Below are positions 11,083-21,617 of a DNA stretch of 64,000 bases, one piece after another. The stretch is from Ptychomitrium polyphyllum (lineage: Eukaryota), in NCBI GenBank assembly GCA_973851085.1, contig OZ316775.1, positions 9,300,001 through 9,364,000 on the forward strand, written 5' to 3'. The notes beneath the pieces were generated by a model, which worked only from the letters and a program-made list of their open reading frames with translations, searched no databases and was not told the origin of the DNA. The position numbers were made by a program, and so were the translations under genes. Numbering within the stretch: the stretch's first letter is position 1; each line of letters begins with the position of its first letter.

Positions 11083-13674
11083 ATGGCCGGGGAGAAAGGA
11101 AAAGTTGTGCTCATTGGCAAGAGAGGGTCCGGCAGAACAACCCTGGCAAACATGCTCGTGAGCGGGATGCTTCAGGATTGCCCCCAGCCCCCAGACACCG
11201 ACAGCATCTGCAAGACATATGTAGGCAGAGGATGGACTGTCATAGACACTATGGGGTTCGGTACTGAGCCACTGGGCGGCATCGTCCCAGACGAGTGTGC
11301 CAGGAAGATGACGATCGACTTTCTGGAAGAAGTGAAAGGCCGTTACAGCCACATCATATTTGTTGTGGACGGTAGCGACATAGGCGACACGGAATTTGGT
11401 CGAGACGAGGAGTCCACCGTGCCAATCATGTGGAAAACCTTTCTCGAAATTTTTGAAGGTAGTGAGGAAAACTTTATCGTCCTGGTGACCAAGGTCCAGC
11501 CGTCAATGTCGGTGCCGACCCGTGAGGAGATCGAGGCGATGCGGACCAAAGAAGGATTTGAGGATGTGTGGTTCACCGAGGTTCTGCTGATGTTCCCGGA
11601 GTGCAGACAGTTTCTCTTTCTACCTCTTCTGAAGATTCCAGAAATTTCGACAGCTTCCGAAGCCACAGCCGAAGTGCTCTTTTCCAAGAAGCAGGAGGAG
11701 TTGGAGAGATTAGAGAAAGAGATGGCAGAAATGTTCATAGCTAAGCCGTGGGTGGAGCCGGACATCTGGAAGATGGGGGACGAGGAGATAAACGAGAAGG
11801 CAGTCAGGATCACACGTCAACTAACGTCTAGTCGGGCAGGAAAACTACGGAACTGGGACTCATTGCATGGGTCGGTATACGTGCCAGTAATGTTTTATAG
11901 AAGACAATCAGTACCGGTTTCAGGTAAGGAATTGTTGAAAGGAAAAGCTGGTGCAGTTTCGGTTGTTCTGGACGAGATGAAGAATTTGGGGAAGGAGGTG
12001 AAGTTTTATTACCGTCAATGTGAGTACCTTCTCCAAAGAAGCATAGCAGCATCGAAAGAAATTCACGACCTTTTTGATGCAGTGAACTGGAGCGAGCGTA
12101 TCCTAACGCATTCTTTGGATCGTCTGATCAAACCTCTAGACAATCTGATCTGTACTATGAAGGCGGGGAAGGGATTACTGCACGTCTGTGGTGATAGCGA
12201 ACAGGAGCAGGAGGTCGCCCTGACTTTGTCTCCTCCGGGCTCTGGTACAAGTTCGTTGTCTAAGTTCGCTCTTGTGCTCCGTGACCTGGAATGGTGTCTG
12301 GATGCATGCCGCTTCTTGTTTCACAATCCAGAAGTTGACCGCGGTAGTCGAAGTGAACGAAAATCTCGCCTCTCGAATTTTTTCGCCTTTCGGTTTCACA
12401 TTCCAAAAGTTGAGCGCGCTTCTGAAAGTGAACGGCAAGCCTGCCTCTCGAAATTCATGTGGTGTGAAGCGAGATGCAGAATGGTTTATATGGATGACGG
12501 TGAGAACATGGATGCAGGTGTACATCTCGCTGAGTCTTGCGTGGCAGCCGATAACGATAGACAGGCTCAAGATCAGCAGGATCTGATTTCATCTATGGAG
12601 AGTCACTTCTCAACCTTACACAATCCAAGGAAGGTTCAAAATAAGCGCTTTGATTCTAATCGGTTCTTTTCAGATCGACAGAAGAATAAGAAGCAGCCTT
12701 CCAGTTCCGAGATTTTGAACTACATGTCCATTCTGAAAAACAGGTTGCAGGGTGATTCATCTTTCGAAGCCCCGAATACGATTCCAGGCTGTTTTTCGAT
12801 TCGGGGAAACCAAGAATTCAGGTCAATCCAACTTATTGGAAAGGGGAGTTATAAGGAGGTCCATGAATGCGAATGGTTGGGAATGAATGTGGCCGTGGCC
12901 ACTTCCCAGAACCAAGATAGGCTGTTCAGACCCGTCCTTGAAGCGGAAGCAGGAGCGCTGGCGAGGGTGCAACATCCAAATGTGGTATCCTTTATAGGGT
13001 TTACCTACGATGAGGAGAAGAGTCAAGGTTATCTAGTGACAGAGCTTCTGGAAACAAGCTTGCGAGCTCTGATAGATCGCAGCAATCGCCACCGTTACTC
13101 ATCCTCATACCCTTTCACCATCTCTGAATCGATTGATATATTGCTTCAGATTGTGGAGGCAATGATTCACGTGCATGAGTGTGGAGTGATGCACCGGGAT
13201 CTGAAAGCTGACAACTTGCTTGCCAATCGTGCGTTTGATAGTAACGGAGGTGGCTTGTACGTGGCTGTGGTGAAGCTCGTTGATTTTGGGACATCCAAAC
13301 CCCAAAGCGCAGAGACGGGCTCTAACTTCAAGACAAAGAATGTAGGAACCCGTGCTTGGATGGCACCTGAGGTAATCCGAAAGGATGGAAATGATATGCA
13401 GCTGTACACGATGTCTGCCGATGTGTACAGCTTTGGAATGACTTGCTACGAGATCCTGACTGGTGAAGTACCTTTTCGGTTGTACATGGGTCGTGCGTTG
13501 CCAGAGGCGATTTGTGCAGGACAGCGGCCACGTATTCCAGATAACTGTCCAGATGGTTTGAGGGAGCTGATGACGAAGTGCTGGACCCACATTCCTCGCG
13601 ATCGACCAACCTTCAAAGAGATTCGGCGGAAGTTGTGGAGTTTGAAGTTGTATTATACGATTTGCGAGGTCTAA
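11083..13674 (+). CDS. Intronless 863-aa fusion: AIG1-like P-loop GTPase + helical (MLKL/HeLo-like) region + TKL/Raf-like kinase-fold domain
   Basis: G1 GKRGSGRTT, G3 VIDTMG, G4-like VLVTK. C-terminal GKGSYKEV, HPNVVSFIG, HRDLKADN, DFG, WMAPE, DVYSFG and CW...RP motifs. The MLKL-like assignment of the middle region is inference. Confidence 0.88.
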   Translation: MAGEKGKVVLIGKRGSGRTTLANMLVSGMLQDCPQPPDTDSICKTYVGRGWTVIDTMGFGTEPLGGIVPDECARKMTIDFLEEVKGRYSHIIFVVDGSDIGDTEFGRDEESTVPIMWKTFLEIFEGSEENFIVLVTKVQPSMSVPTREEIEAMRTKEGFEDVWFTEVLLMFPECRQFLFLPLLKIPEISTASEATAEVLFSKKQEELERLEKEMAEMFIAKPWVEPDIWKMGDEEINEKAVRITRQLTSSRAGKLRNWDSLHGSVYVPVMFYRRQSVPVSGKELLKGKAGAVSVVLDEMKNLGKEVKFYYRQCEYLLQRSIAASKEIHDLFDAVNWSERILTHSLDRLIKPLDNLICTMKAGKGLLHVCGDSEQEQEVALTLSPPGSGTSSLSKFALVLRDLEWCLDACRFLFHNPEVDRGSRSERKSRLSNFFAFRFHIPKVERASESERQACLSKFMWCEARCRMVYMDDGENMDAGVHLAESCVAADNDRQAQDQQDLISSMESHFSTLHNPRKVQNKRFDSNRFFSDRQKNKKQPSSSEILNYMSILKNRLQGDSSFEAPNTIPGCFSIRGNQEFRSIQLIGKGSYKEVHECEWLGMNVAVATSQNQDRLFRPVLEAEAGALARVQHPNVVSFIGFTYDEEKSQGYLVTELLETSLRALIDRSNRHRYSSSYPFTISESIDILLQIVEAMIHVHECGVMHRDLKADNLLANRAFDSNGGGLYVAVVKLVDFGTSKPQSAETGSNFKTKNVGTRAWMAPEVIRKDGNDMQLYTMSADVYSFGMTCYEILTGEVPFRLYMGRALPEAICAGQRPRIPDNCPDGLRELMTKCWTHIPRDRPTFKEIRRKLWSLKLYYTICEV

Positions 13675-15299
13675 TTGAGGAGATACTGCGCTGGTAAGTA
13701 TGGCGCTGAATACTCAAGCAACGGTTCCTGGTTCGGATTCATCGAGGATGAGTGGCCAAGCTGTGATCCGACAGAATTAGCTGGGAGACACATCCAGTAG
13801 GCTCTTCTCAGCGGGGATCGAACTAGACACGAGGCTTTTGCAACCAAACATGCAAAGAAGAGTGCAATGTATTGAACCTTCGTGCGTTTTCAAGGAAAGC
13901 TTCTAGAACTTGCCCCGACGGTAAAGGTGGGAGTAATTTTAGGATATGTTCTCAGTGGGTCCAAATACGCTGGATGCGTACACGAGGGCTCAATGTGCTG
14001 TCTGCAGTTTTGCGTCATGTTTCGAATGGATTTAATTTAGCCCCACACCGATGGTCATGGTGTTTGGAGTTGTCGCTGAGATTGGTTAATACTTGCTACG
14101 AGAAACCCAGCTTGGTCATGCGTACAGTACAGTACATGTAACGCTCGAATAGAAGCCATTCTTCTGGGCACTTGACACTTCGAGCTTAGGTGCACAACAG
14201 CTCTGTTAGCTTCAGGAAGTGGCACGACTGGAACAAGGGGGTGTGAGCGACGCCTTGAACGACGCATTCTGACCCGACGCTCAAACTTCTGGTTCCAAGT
14301 GGTTGGACGCCAACGCCCATCCCATGCTATGGAAGGTTCTGGATAAATTTCCCACAATCGTTACTCTGTGGAGACTGGTGATGAAAACTCGCAGGTACAT
14401 GGTCCGCTGGCAAATGAACCTGCCAATTTTGAAACAATCGGGCAGCTTGTAGCGATGTCGTTGAATGTGATAACCTGCAAGGTTGGGGTGAAGTAATGTG
14501 CTGGTTTGAAATCCGGTGCCTGGTTGTCTCGATCCACTATGCTCCAGAACGCAGTGTAAGATGTTCCCAGAAACTTGAATTGTGGAATGCTCCGGTGTGA
14601 GTGAGAGACCACCTGCCGTGAACTTCTGCAGTGATGCACAGGTAATGTGTGACAAGGGAGCTTTGAATGCTTGTCTCTGTGAGCAGGTGATCATCGTTTT
14701 CAATTTCGGGAGAAGTGGAGCAGTGCATCTTTGCAGCACTCCGCAGTTAGTTGCGGCACTGAAGAGAGTCCATCTTTGCAGAAAGCGAGGCCTGTATGTC
14801 AGGAGATTGTGCGCTCATGAATTCGTACGCAGTTTATGCAGAACGGGTTTTTCTCCGTTTTTCATTGTTGTGTTTTCTTCATAGGTGCCTTGGACTCGTG
14901 GTTGTGTTCTCTTGCGCAGGAAAACAAGACGTGGTTTCGTGGGGAAAGGGCGGCGCAGCTTAGACAAGCCAGAAGTGATCAGAAGCGACGGCAGGGCTCC
15001 ACAGTTCTGCTCAGAGTCTCTGCACATGTTCAGAATCCACCAAAGCTCCGAGCATGACTTCGCCTCATCACACTATCCAGAGGCCAACTGACAAATCAGA
15101 GTAAGCATTCTCGAATCCTGCAAGGAGCTCCATATGGGGACGATGCTGATGCTGAGGATGCGATCCACAACGGAGTACTCGCTACATGGACCGCACGTCT
15201 CTCCGTTTCGGTAACATTGTCAACTCCCCGCTGATGGCTTCAGAAAGCACAACAAAGGGAATCCATGGATGTTGCATTACATAACTTATATCCAAAGTA

Positions 15300-17058
15300 A
15301 TGAAGCAACCATGAGTTGCTTCCTTGGAACATTTTGACCCAACATAACTTTTTTGGAAGTTTCCTAAATCGAGGTAAGTTTTTTGGAAGTTTTTTGAGTC
15401 AAGGTAACTTCTTTGAGAGAGGTTTTAAAACCTTTAGAGAACCTTTCTAAATGCTTATAATATGTGTGTTTGAGACATTACTTCCTTTGTCTCTTTAAAG
15501 GTTTTTAAAGAACATTTTGCAATAACTTTCTAAGAACCTTTTTTAATGCTTATAATATGTGTGTTTGAGACATTACTTCCCCTTTTAGTTCCAAAGTTTC
15601 CAAAGAATATGTTGCAATAAGCACTCAAGTTGTAAGAAGTCAAAAGTTAGTCACATAGTTTTGGCATCATATTCCATTTGCTTTTCACTATTTAAATGGT
15701 TTATGGATTCTTGGAACCACCAATAGTATTTAACGCCTTCTATTTGGAACCGAGCATGAGCTCTTGTATATTTGTTGTGAAAATACCCTCAAAACATTAT
15801 TTTTGGATAATCTTTATAAATTGGCTTCACTTCATAGACAATTACCAACCATATATTATTTGGTATCCTTCAACGTCTTCTTGGTCCAACCTGTTTTTCA
15901 TCATGAGGTCGTCAATAAGAGCCACTGGCTTGGATTGATACCACGTGCATGGTATCTATATCTTGACTCTTCATATTTAATATATTGAGCTAGACTTATT
16001 GAACTATAATAATGCTTCAAAATGCAAACAACTAATTTATTAAATCATTTTTGGAAATTTTGAAACTTACAATCAAAAAATTGTCTACTGTTCTATTTAA
16101 AAGCCCAAGCATCAAGAGCTTTTAAGAATATGGAAAATTATCGAGCCATTATTCCTTATGCTACTACTTTTGGTTTGGATGGATGTTGCTGATGGAACTC
16201 AGAAATTCTTATTGGTGAATTGACAAGATTGTTAGTTGATTCCCTTGGGTTTTCACAGATATCATGCTTGTGCCAATGAACCAAATATTCTAGCATTCAA
16301 TGTTAATAAATGAATAAAACACTTCTTCAACTTTGAATGCATGATGATAATTAATTTCGACCACGGGTGATGGTAGCTGCCTTTGTTTAGGGATACTTTG
16401 TTCTTTGTAAGTCTCCAAAAGTGAAACGTAAAAACCAAGATGTACCTTTATTGATGTTGGTAGTTCCAAATGATTTGCCACGTGGTTGATTTATTTTTCA
16501 ATTGCAAATGATTCCAACCTGCAATAGTCTAACTTGTTACATGGCTTGTTGGTTCTTATATTGCGTCAAAGGAGCCACACGTTCTCACCAACTTGAAATG
16601 GAGGTTGTTCCTCCTTTGTTGCATCAGCCTTTTTTTTTTTTTTTTGATTATTTTTGAATTTTGTCTAATTAAGTCTTTATGGTTGTTTGAAGCTCTGCCA
16701 TCCTTGTAACAAATTTCTTTGCTGCTGGATTCACAGATTATACAGGCTCTAACATATCTATTTTTGGATGATCTTCATAGTTGGAGTAGAATGGCGTTTG
16801 TTGGGTGGAAGTGTGAGCGATGTTGTTGTAAGCAAACTTAGCCAATATCAAATAGGAAGTTCAATCATCATATTGATAGTTAATGGTACATTTGAAATAT
16901 TGCTCTAAGATTTGGTTGACTTATTTTATTTAGCCATTGATCTAAGGATAAAAGGCAAAATAAAGTTTGATGTTCATTTTAAGGATTTTGAAGAGCAACT
17001 TCTAAAATCTTGATACAAATTGTGGACAACAATCCAATATAATATTGTCGAGGTATTC
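15300..17058 (-). mobile_element. Decayed Ty3/Gypsy chromovirus fragment 1 (integrase core, chromodomain, 3' region)
   Basis: Minus-strand remnants LELPTSIKVHLGFYVSLLETYK...FKVEEV and HQQHPSKP. A degenerate integrase core (GIP/NII.D..PQFVS-like) lies at about 17010-17058. Many stops and frameshifts; the left boundary is approximate. Confidence 0.8.
15445..15620. repeat. Tandem duplication of about 95 bp
   Basis: AATGCTTATAATATGTGTGTTTGAGACATTACTTCC occurs at about 15449 and 15545. Confidence 0.85.
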
Positions 17059-17599
17059 TGTTAGGGATACAAGAAACAAGAAGCAGAAACGAAGTGTATT
17101 CTAAGAATTAGCTTCCAAAGAGCTAATAATTAACAAAAACTTGATACAAAGACTAAAACAAGGCAGGATTGAAGATGATAAATAACTTGTATTAGCCAGA
17201 CTAAGGAATACCTTATCTTGCCTCCTATTTTTACTATGATGCTTGTATCTCCTAGAATACTTCTAAAGAAGTTTCCTACAAGGCTTAAGAATGTTCTCAC
17301 AGTTTATAGAATCTTCCCAAGAAATTTCCTAAGATGTTGGAACCTTTCTAAAAAGTTTCCAAGGAGTTGGAACCTTCCTTGGAAGTTTCCTAAGATAGCG
17401 GGCCCTTCTTAGGAAGAATCATAAAGAGGTAGAACCTTCTTAGGAAGTTTTCTAAGGTGGAGGAACTTTCTTGAGAAGCTTCCTGAGAACATGGAAAGGC
17501 TATGGAGACATTTAAAAGTATTCTAAGAAACTATTATAGTATACTAGAAGGTTGTAGAATGTTCTAAAGACTATGTTTGCATACTCTATGTCCGTGACA
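17059..17599 (-). repeat. 3' LTR of chromovirus element 2
   Basis: TG...CA ends (TGTTAGGG...CCGTGACA on +). It abuts a polypurine tract (GGAGAGGTGG on -, 17600-17609) and contains internal GAACCTTC..GGAAGTTT subrepeats. Confidence 0.8.
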
Positions 17600-20500
17600 C
17601 CACCTCTCCATTTAGCGACGAGTCCCATGAGGAGCTCATTTCTTGGCTTGCTTGTCACATTTCTATATGTTGAAGGAGTGAAGCAACATATTTTGCTTGT
17701 TGTTCTTTATCCAATGCTTCAACTGGTCCTTGCAAGAAACGCCAATGACCGCCAGCCAAGACTTCTGTTGTTGAAATGTTCCATCCCAAGAACTAATCTT
17801 GATTAAGTCCTTCAAAACATCCTTTAAACAAGATCTTGGGTCCTCCAAGAGTAACTCTTACAATTTCTAACAAGATGACTAGAGCTCGAGCATCTGAATC
17901 AAGACTGGAATGTGAAAGGCAACTACCTAATACTTCTGCACAAGTTCGTACTTGATGTTGGAATGTCCCTCTCATATCTTGGCTAAGATCCTCCGATACT
18001 AAAGATTGACAAAGTTGAGTTGGCTCAACAGATGCTGTTGTCGATGAAGGCATGGCCAACTGCTCTTCACGCATATTCATGATAATACGAAGATTTGATA
18101 TACTAGCTAGGATCTCAAAATGATCTATCTTGGAAATAATGCTGCATACAATTGGAGGTTTGGATATCTCTCCATCCTTCTTATACTTGTCTATGAAGGA
18201 AAAACTTCTCTGTGAAGCTAACGGCTATTGATGACACATCATCATTGACCTGGTTTTTGAGGATATCTTTGATGAAATTCGCGTACTTTCTTGGATGCAT
18301 TTGTTACATTTGTTGAAGGTTCCCATGTTCGGTCATTGATGCCATATCCTTGCCAATGTATAAAATACTCCACACCGCCATTTTTGATGCGTGAATCTAA
18401 GATCTCTTCTACATCATATTCAATTTCATTATTGATTTCCAACGGAGGAGGGGGAAGGACAATTCTCTCTAGTATACATGATTTGTTATAGGTTTCCAAC
18501 AACAATACGTAGAATACTGGATGAATTTGCATGCTTGGTGATAGCTTTAGGCCATAACTAACCGGATTTATCTGTTTGCTGATTTCAAATGGTCCAACTT
18601 CTTTGATGGTCTTTTTGTCTGTATATTTCGTCGTAGGAGCCATACGCTATCTCCAACCTTGAACTTTGAATTGGTCTTTTTGATCGCAATCTGCATAACT
18701 TTTATAACGATCTTGAGCTTGTTGTAACTAGAAGGTAATTTCTTGATGGATTTTGGCAAGTTGACTTGCAAAATCCTCTGCTGCATGACTTCCAACATGC
18801 TTCACTTGAAATGGATTTGCTCGAAGATGATGGCCATAGTTTGCAAAGAATGGACTTTGGGTTGTTGATGAATGCATCGTATTGTTGTAAGCAAACTCTG
18901 CCAAAGGCAAGAGGTCTATCCAGTTGTCTTGCTTGTAGTTTACGCTACAACAAAGGTATTGCTCCAAAATTTGATTCACAAGTTCAGTTTGACCATTAGT
19001 TTGCGGATGGTGTGCTGAAGAAAGGTTGATCTTTACGCGCAACAGCTAGAATAGAGCCCTCCAAAAGTTGGAAATGAACTGCAGCCTTTGATTGGATACA
19101 ATATCATCTACTAGTCCATGTATGCGGTAGACGTGATTTAAGAACAACTTGGCAGTTTCTTCTTCCGTTACTATCTTGTTGCATGGAATGAAATGTGTCA
19201 TTTTGGTAAATTGATCCACCACTACCAAAATAGAATCCTTAAAATCGGAATTTGGAAGGTTCGTAATAAAATCCATTGACAATGACAACCATGGGCCCTT
19301 TGGCACTAGAAGCAGATGGAGAAGACCATGAAGTTGGTGTCTTAGTACCTTGGCTCTTGCACAAGTGTTGCATGATCAAAAAAAGTCCTTTACATACTTC
19401 CACATTTGTGGCCACCAATAGTCTCTAACAATCAACTCTATTGTTTTATTGAATCCAAAATGAAGTGCTGCTGGAAAATCATGACGTGCTTGAAGGATCT
19501 TCAATCGCAAAGGGCCTGGAAGAAGATACAAAAGTTCTTTATAATAAAGAAGGCCCTTTTGAAATTCAAAATCCTCATTGTTATTTGAAGGATCACCGTT
19601 GTCTTTGAGGTGCTTTCTTATATATGAAACAAAGACATCAATCTTCAAAGCCTTCCAAATTTTGTCAAGATGGGATATTGTTGTAATAATCAATGCTTTC
19701 AATTGAAGATTCTTTGGGTTCAATAAAATAGTCCTTTGTTGATTCAAAACATCATCTCCAGGTTGAGAAGCTAAATAAGATCTTTAAGATAAGGCATCTG
19801 ATTATTTTATAAGCTATCAGGTCGATAGGTAATGACAAAGTTAAATCTCGAAAGCGACATACTCTACTTTGTTTGACGGCAATTCAAAATACACGCGCTC
19901 ATGAAATACTCCAAGTTCTTGTGGTCTGTGTATATCGTAATGGTATGTTGAACTCCTTCCAATAAGTGCCGCCATTGCTCAAACGCATCCACAATTGCAA
20001 GTAGTTCTTTATCATATATATCATAGTTGATCTCTGCCACTGAGAATTTCCTTGAACGAAAAGCAAGAGGGTGAAGTCTCTTATCTTCATCATATTGAAA
20101 CAGTCCTGAGCCAAGCGCAAAATTTGAGGCATCCGCTTCCAAATAAAAAGGCTTTGATGGATTTGGATGAATGAAGATTGGAGCCGATGTGAATGAATTC
20201 TTAAGACTTTGAAATGTTTTTTTTGCCTCTTTATTCCAAATGAATTTTTGCTTCCCCATAAGACGTGTTAATGGTGCCGCAATCTTGGAATAATCCTTGA
20301 TGAATATCATATAGAAGTTTACATTCCCAAGAAGCATTGAACATCTTGAATTGATCTTTGTGTACTCCACTCTATAACAGTGCTTATTTTTTTCTTATCC
20401 ATATGGATTCCTCCTTTAGAAATGATGTAGCCTAAAAATTCAATCGAGGATTCATGGGAAAGGCACTTCTCCAATTTGGCATTTAATCTTGGCTGGCGTA

Positions 20501-21617
20501 GTTTTTCTTAGACCAATCGCACATGACATTCACAATCTTGTTCATCCTTTGAATATATCAAAATATCATCCGAGTAAATGATTACAAAATTGTCCAAATA
20601 TTCATGGAGGATATCATTCATCATATGTTGAAAGACTGCAGGGGCATTAGTAAGGCCAAAAGGCATGACATTGTATTCAAAATGACCTTACCTAAATAAA
20701 AAAGTTGTCGTCCATTTGTCTCCTTCTTTGATGCGTATAAGATTGTAGGCCCCTCTAAGATCAATTTTGATGAATATTTTTGTTTGGCCAAGTTATTGTA
20801 GGAGTCTTGAGATTAATGGTAATGGATAGCAATTCTCTTTTGTTACTTTATTGAGGCCTCAATAGTCCACGCACATACGTAATGATCCATCTTTGTTTTT
20901 TATAAATAGAATGGGTGCTCTAGCAAGTGATTTAGAATGTTGAATGAAACCCTTTCCGAGGTTTTCATCAATATATTCTCTCAAGGCAGTCAATTTGATT
21001 TGTAATTGATTATAAATAGGTTTGAAAAGTGGTTGGACTCCTTTTTGCAACTCAATGGTACAATCGTAAGGCCGGTGCTTTGGTAACATGTCCGCATTCT
21101 TCTTTTCAAAAATGTCTTCATAATTTTGATATTGACGAGGTATGTTTTGGCTAGTCTCTATTATAGAGCTGGACATTGGTGTGGCATAAATGGCATAAAT
21201 TGGTTCATCCTTCGCTGCTTTCATGTATGCCTTAGCTCCAATAAATGATAGTCCAAGATTTCTCGTACTTTGACGTCTTTTCATTGAGACCACACTTTGT
21301 GAGCGCCAATGAATGTTTTGATTATATAATTCAAACCAAGGAAGGCCCAGGACAATAGGATTTGTTCGGCATTAAATGATGTTGAAGACAATCTTAGATG
21401 CCTAGTCTCCTAAAACAACCTCCAAGGCTTGAGTTTCTTCAATAACGTTGCCAGATGTAAAAGATCGTCCATCAATAACTTCAACAGGTGCAAAGTATTT
21501 TTTATTGACAAGCACCATGTAATGTTTGGTTGCAAAATCCTTGTCCATGAAACATGCCATTGCACATGTGTCCAAAAGAACTTTGCTCTTTAATGTGCCT
21601 ATTCTTGATAGCATCTA
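17059..21617 (-). mobile_element. Ty3/Gypsy chromovirus element 2 (Tcn1-like): protease-RT-RNase H-integrase-chromodomain, extra 3' ORF, PPT and 3' LTR; gag and 5' LTR not seen
   Basis: Protease LLDT; RT APILFIKNKDGSLRMCVDY and YSDDILI; RNase H EADAS, YDKELLAIV, TDHKNL; integrase [15 protein letters not shown]; chromodomain YDVEEILDSR...YFIHWQGY...TWEP. Interrupted by stops and frameshifts. Confidence 0.93.

Noticed and set aside
11343..13609. Antisense ORFs overlapping the fusion gene (likewise over HVA22, ISA3 and psbO)
   Set aside because: Expected shadows of real coding sequence.
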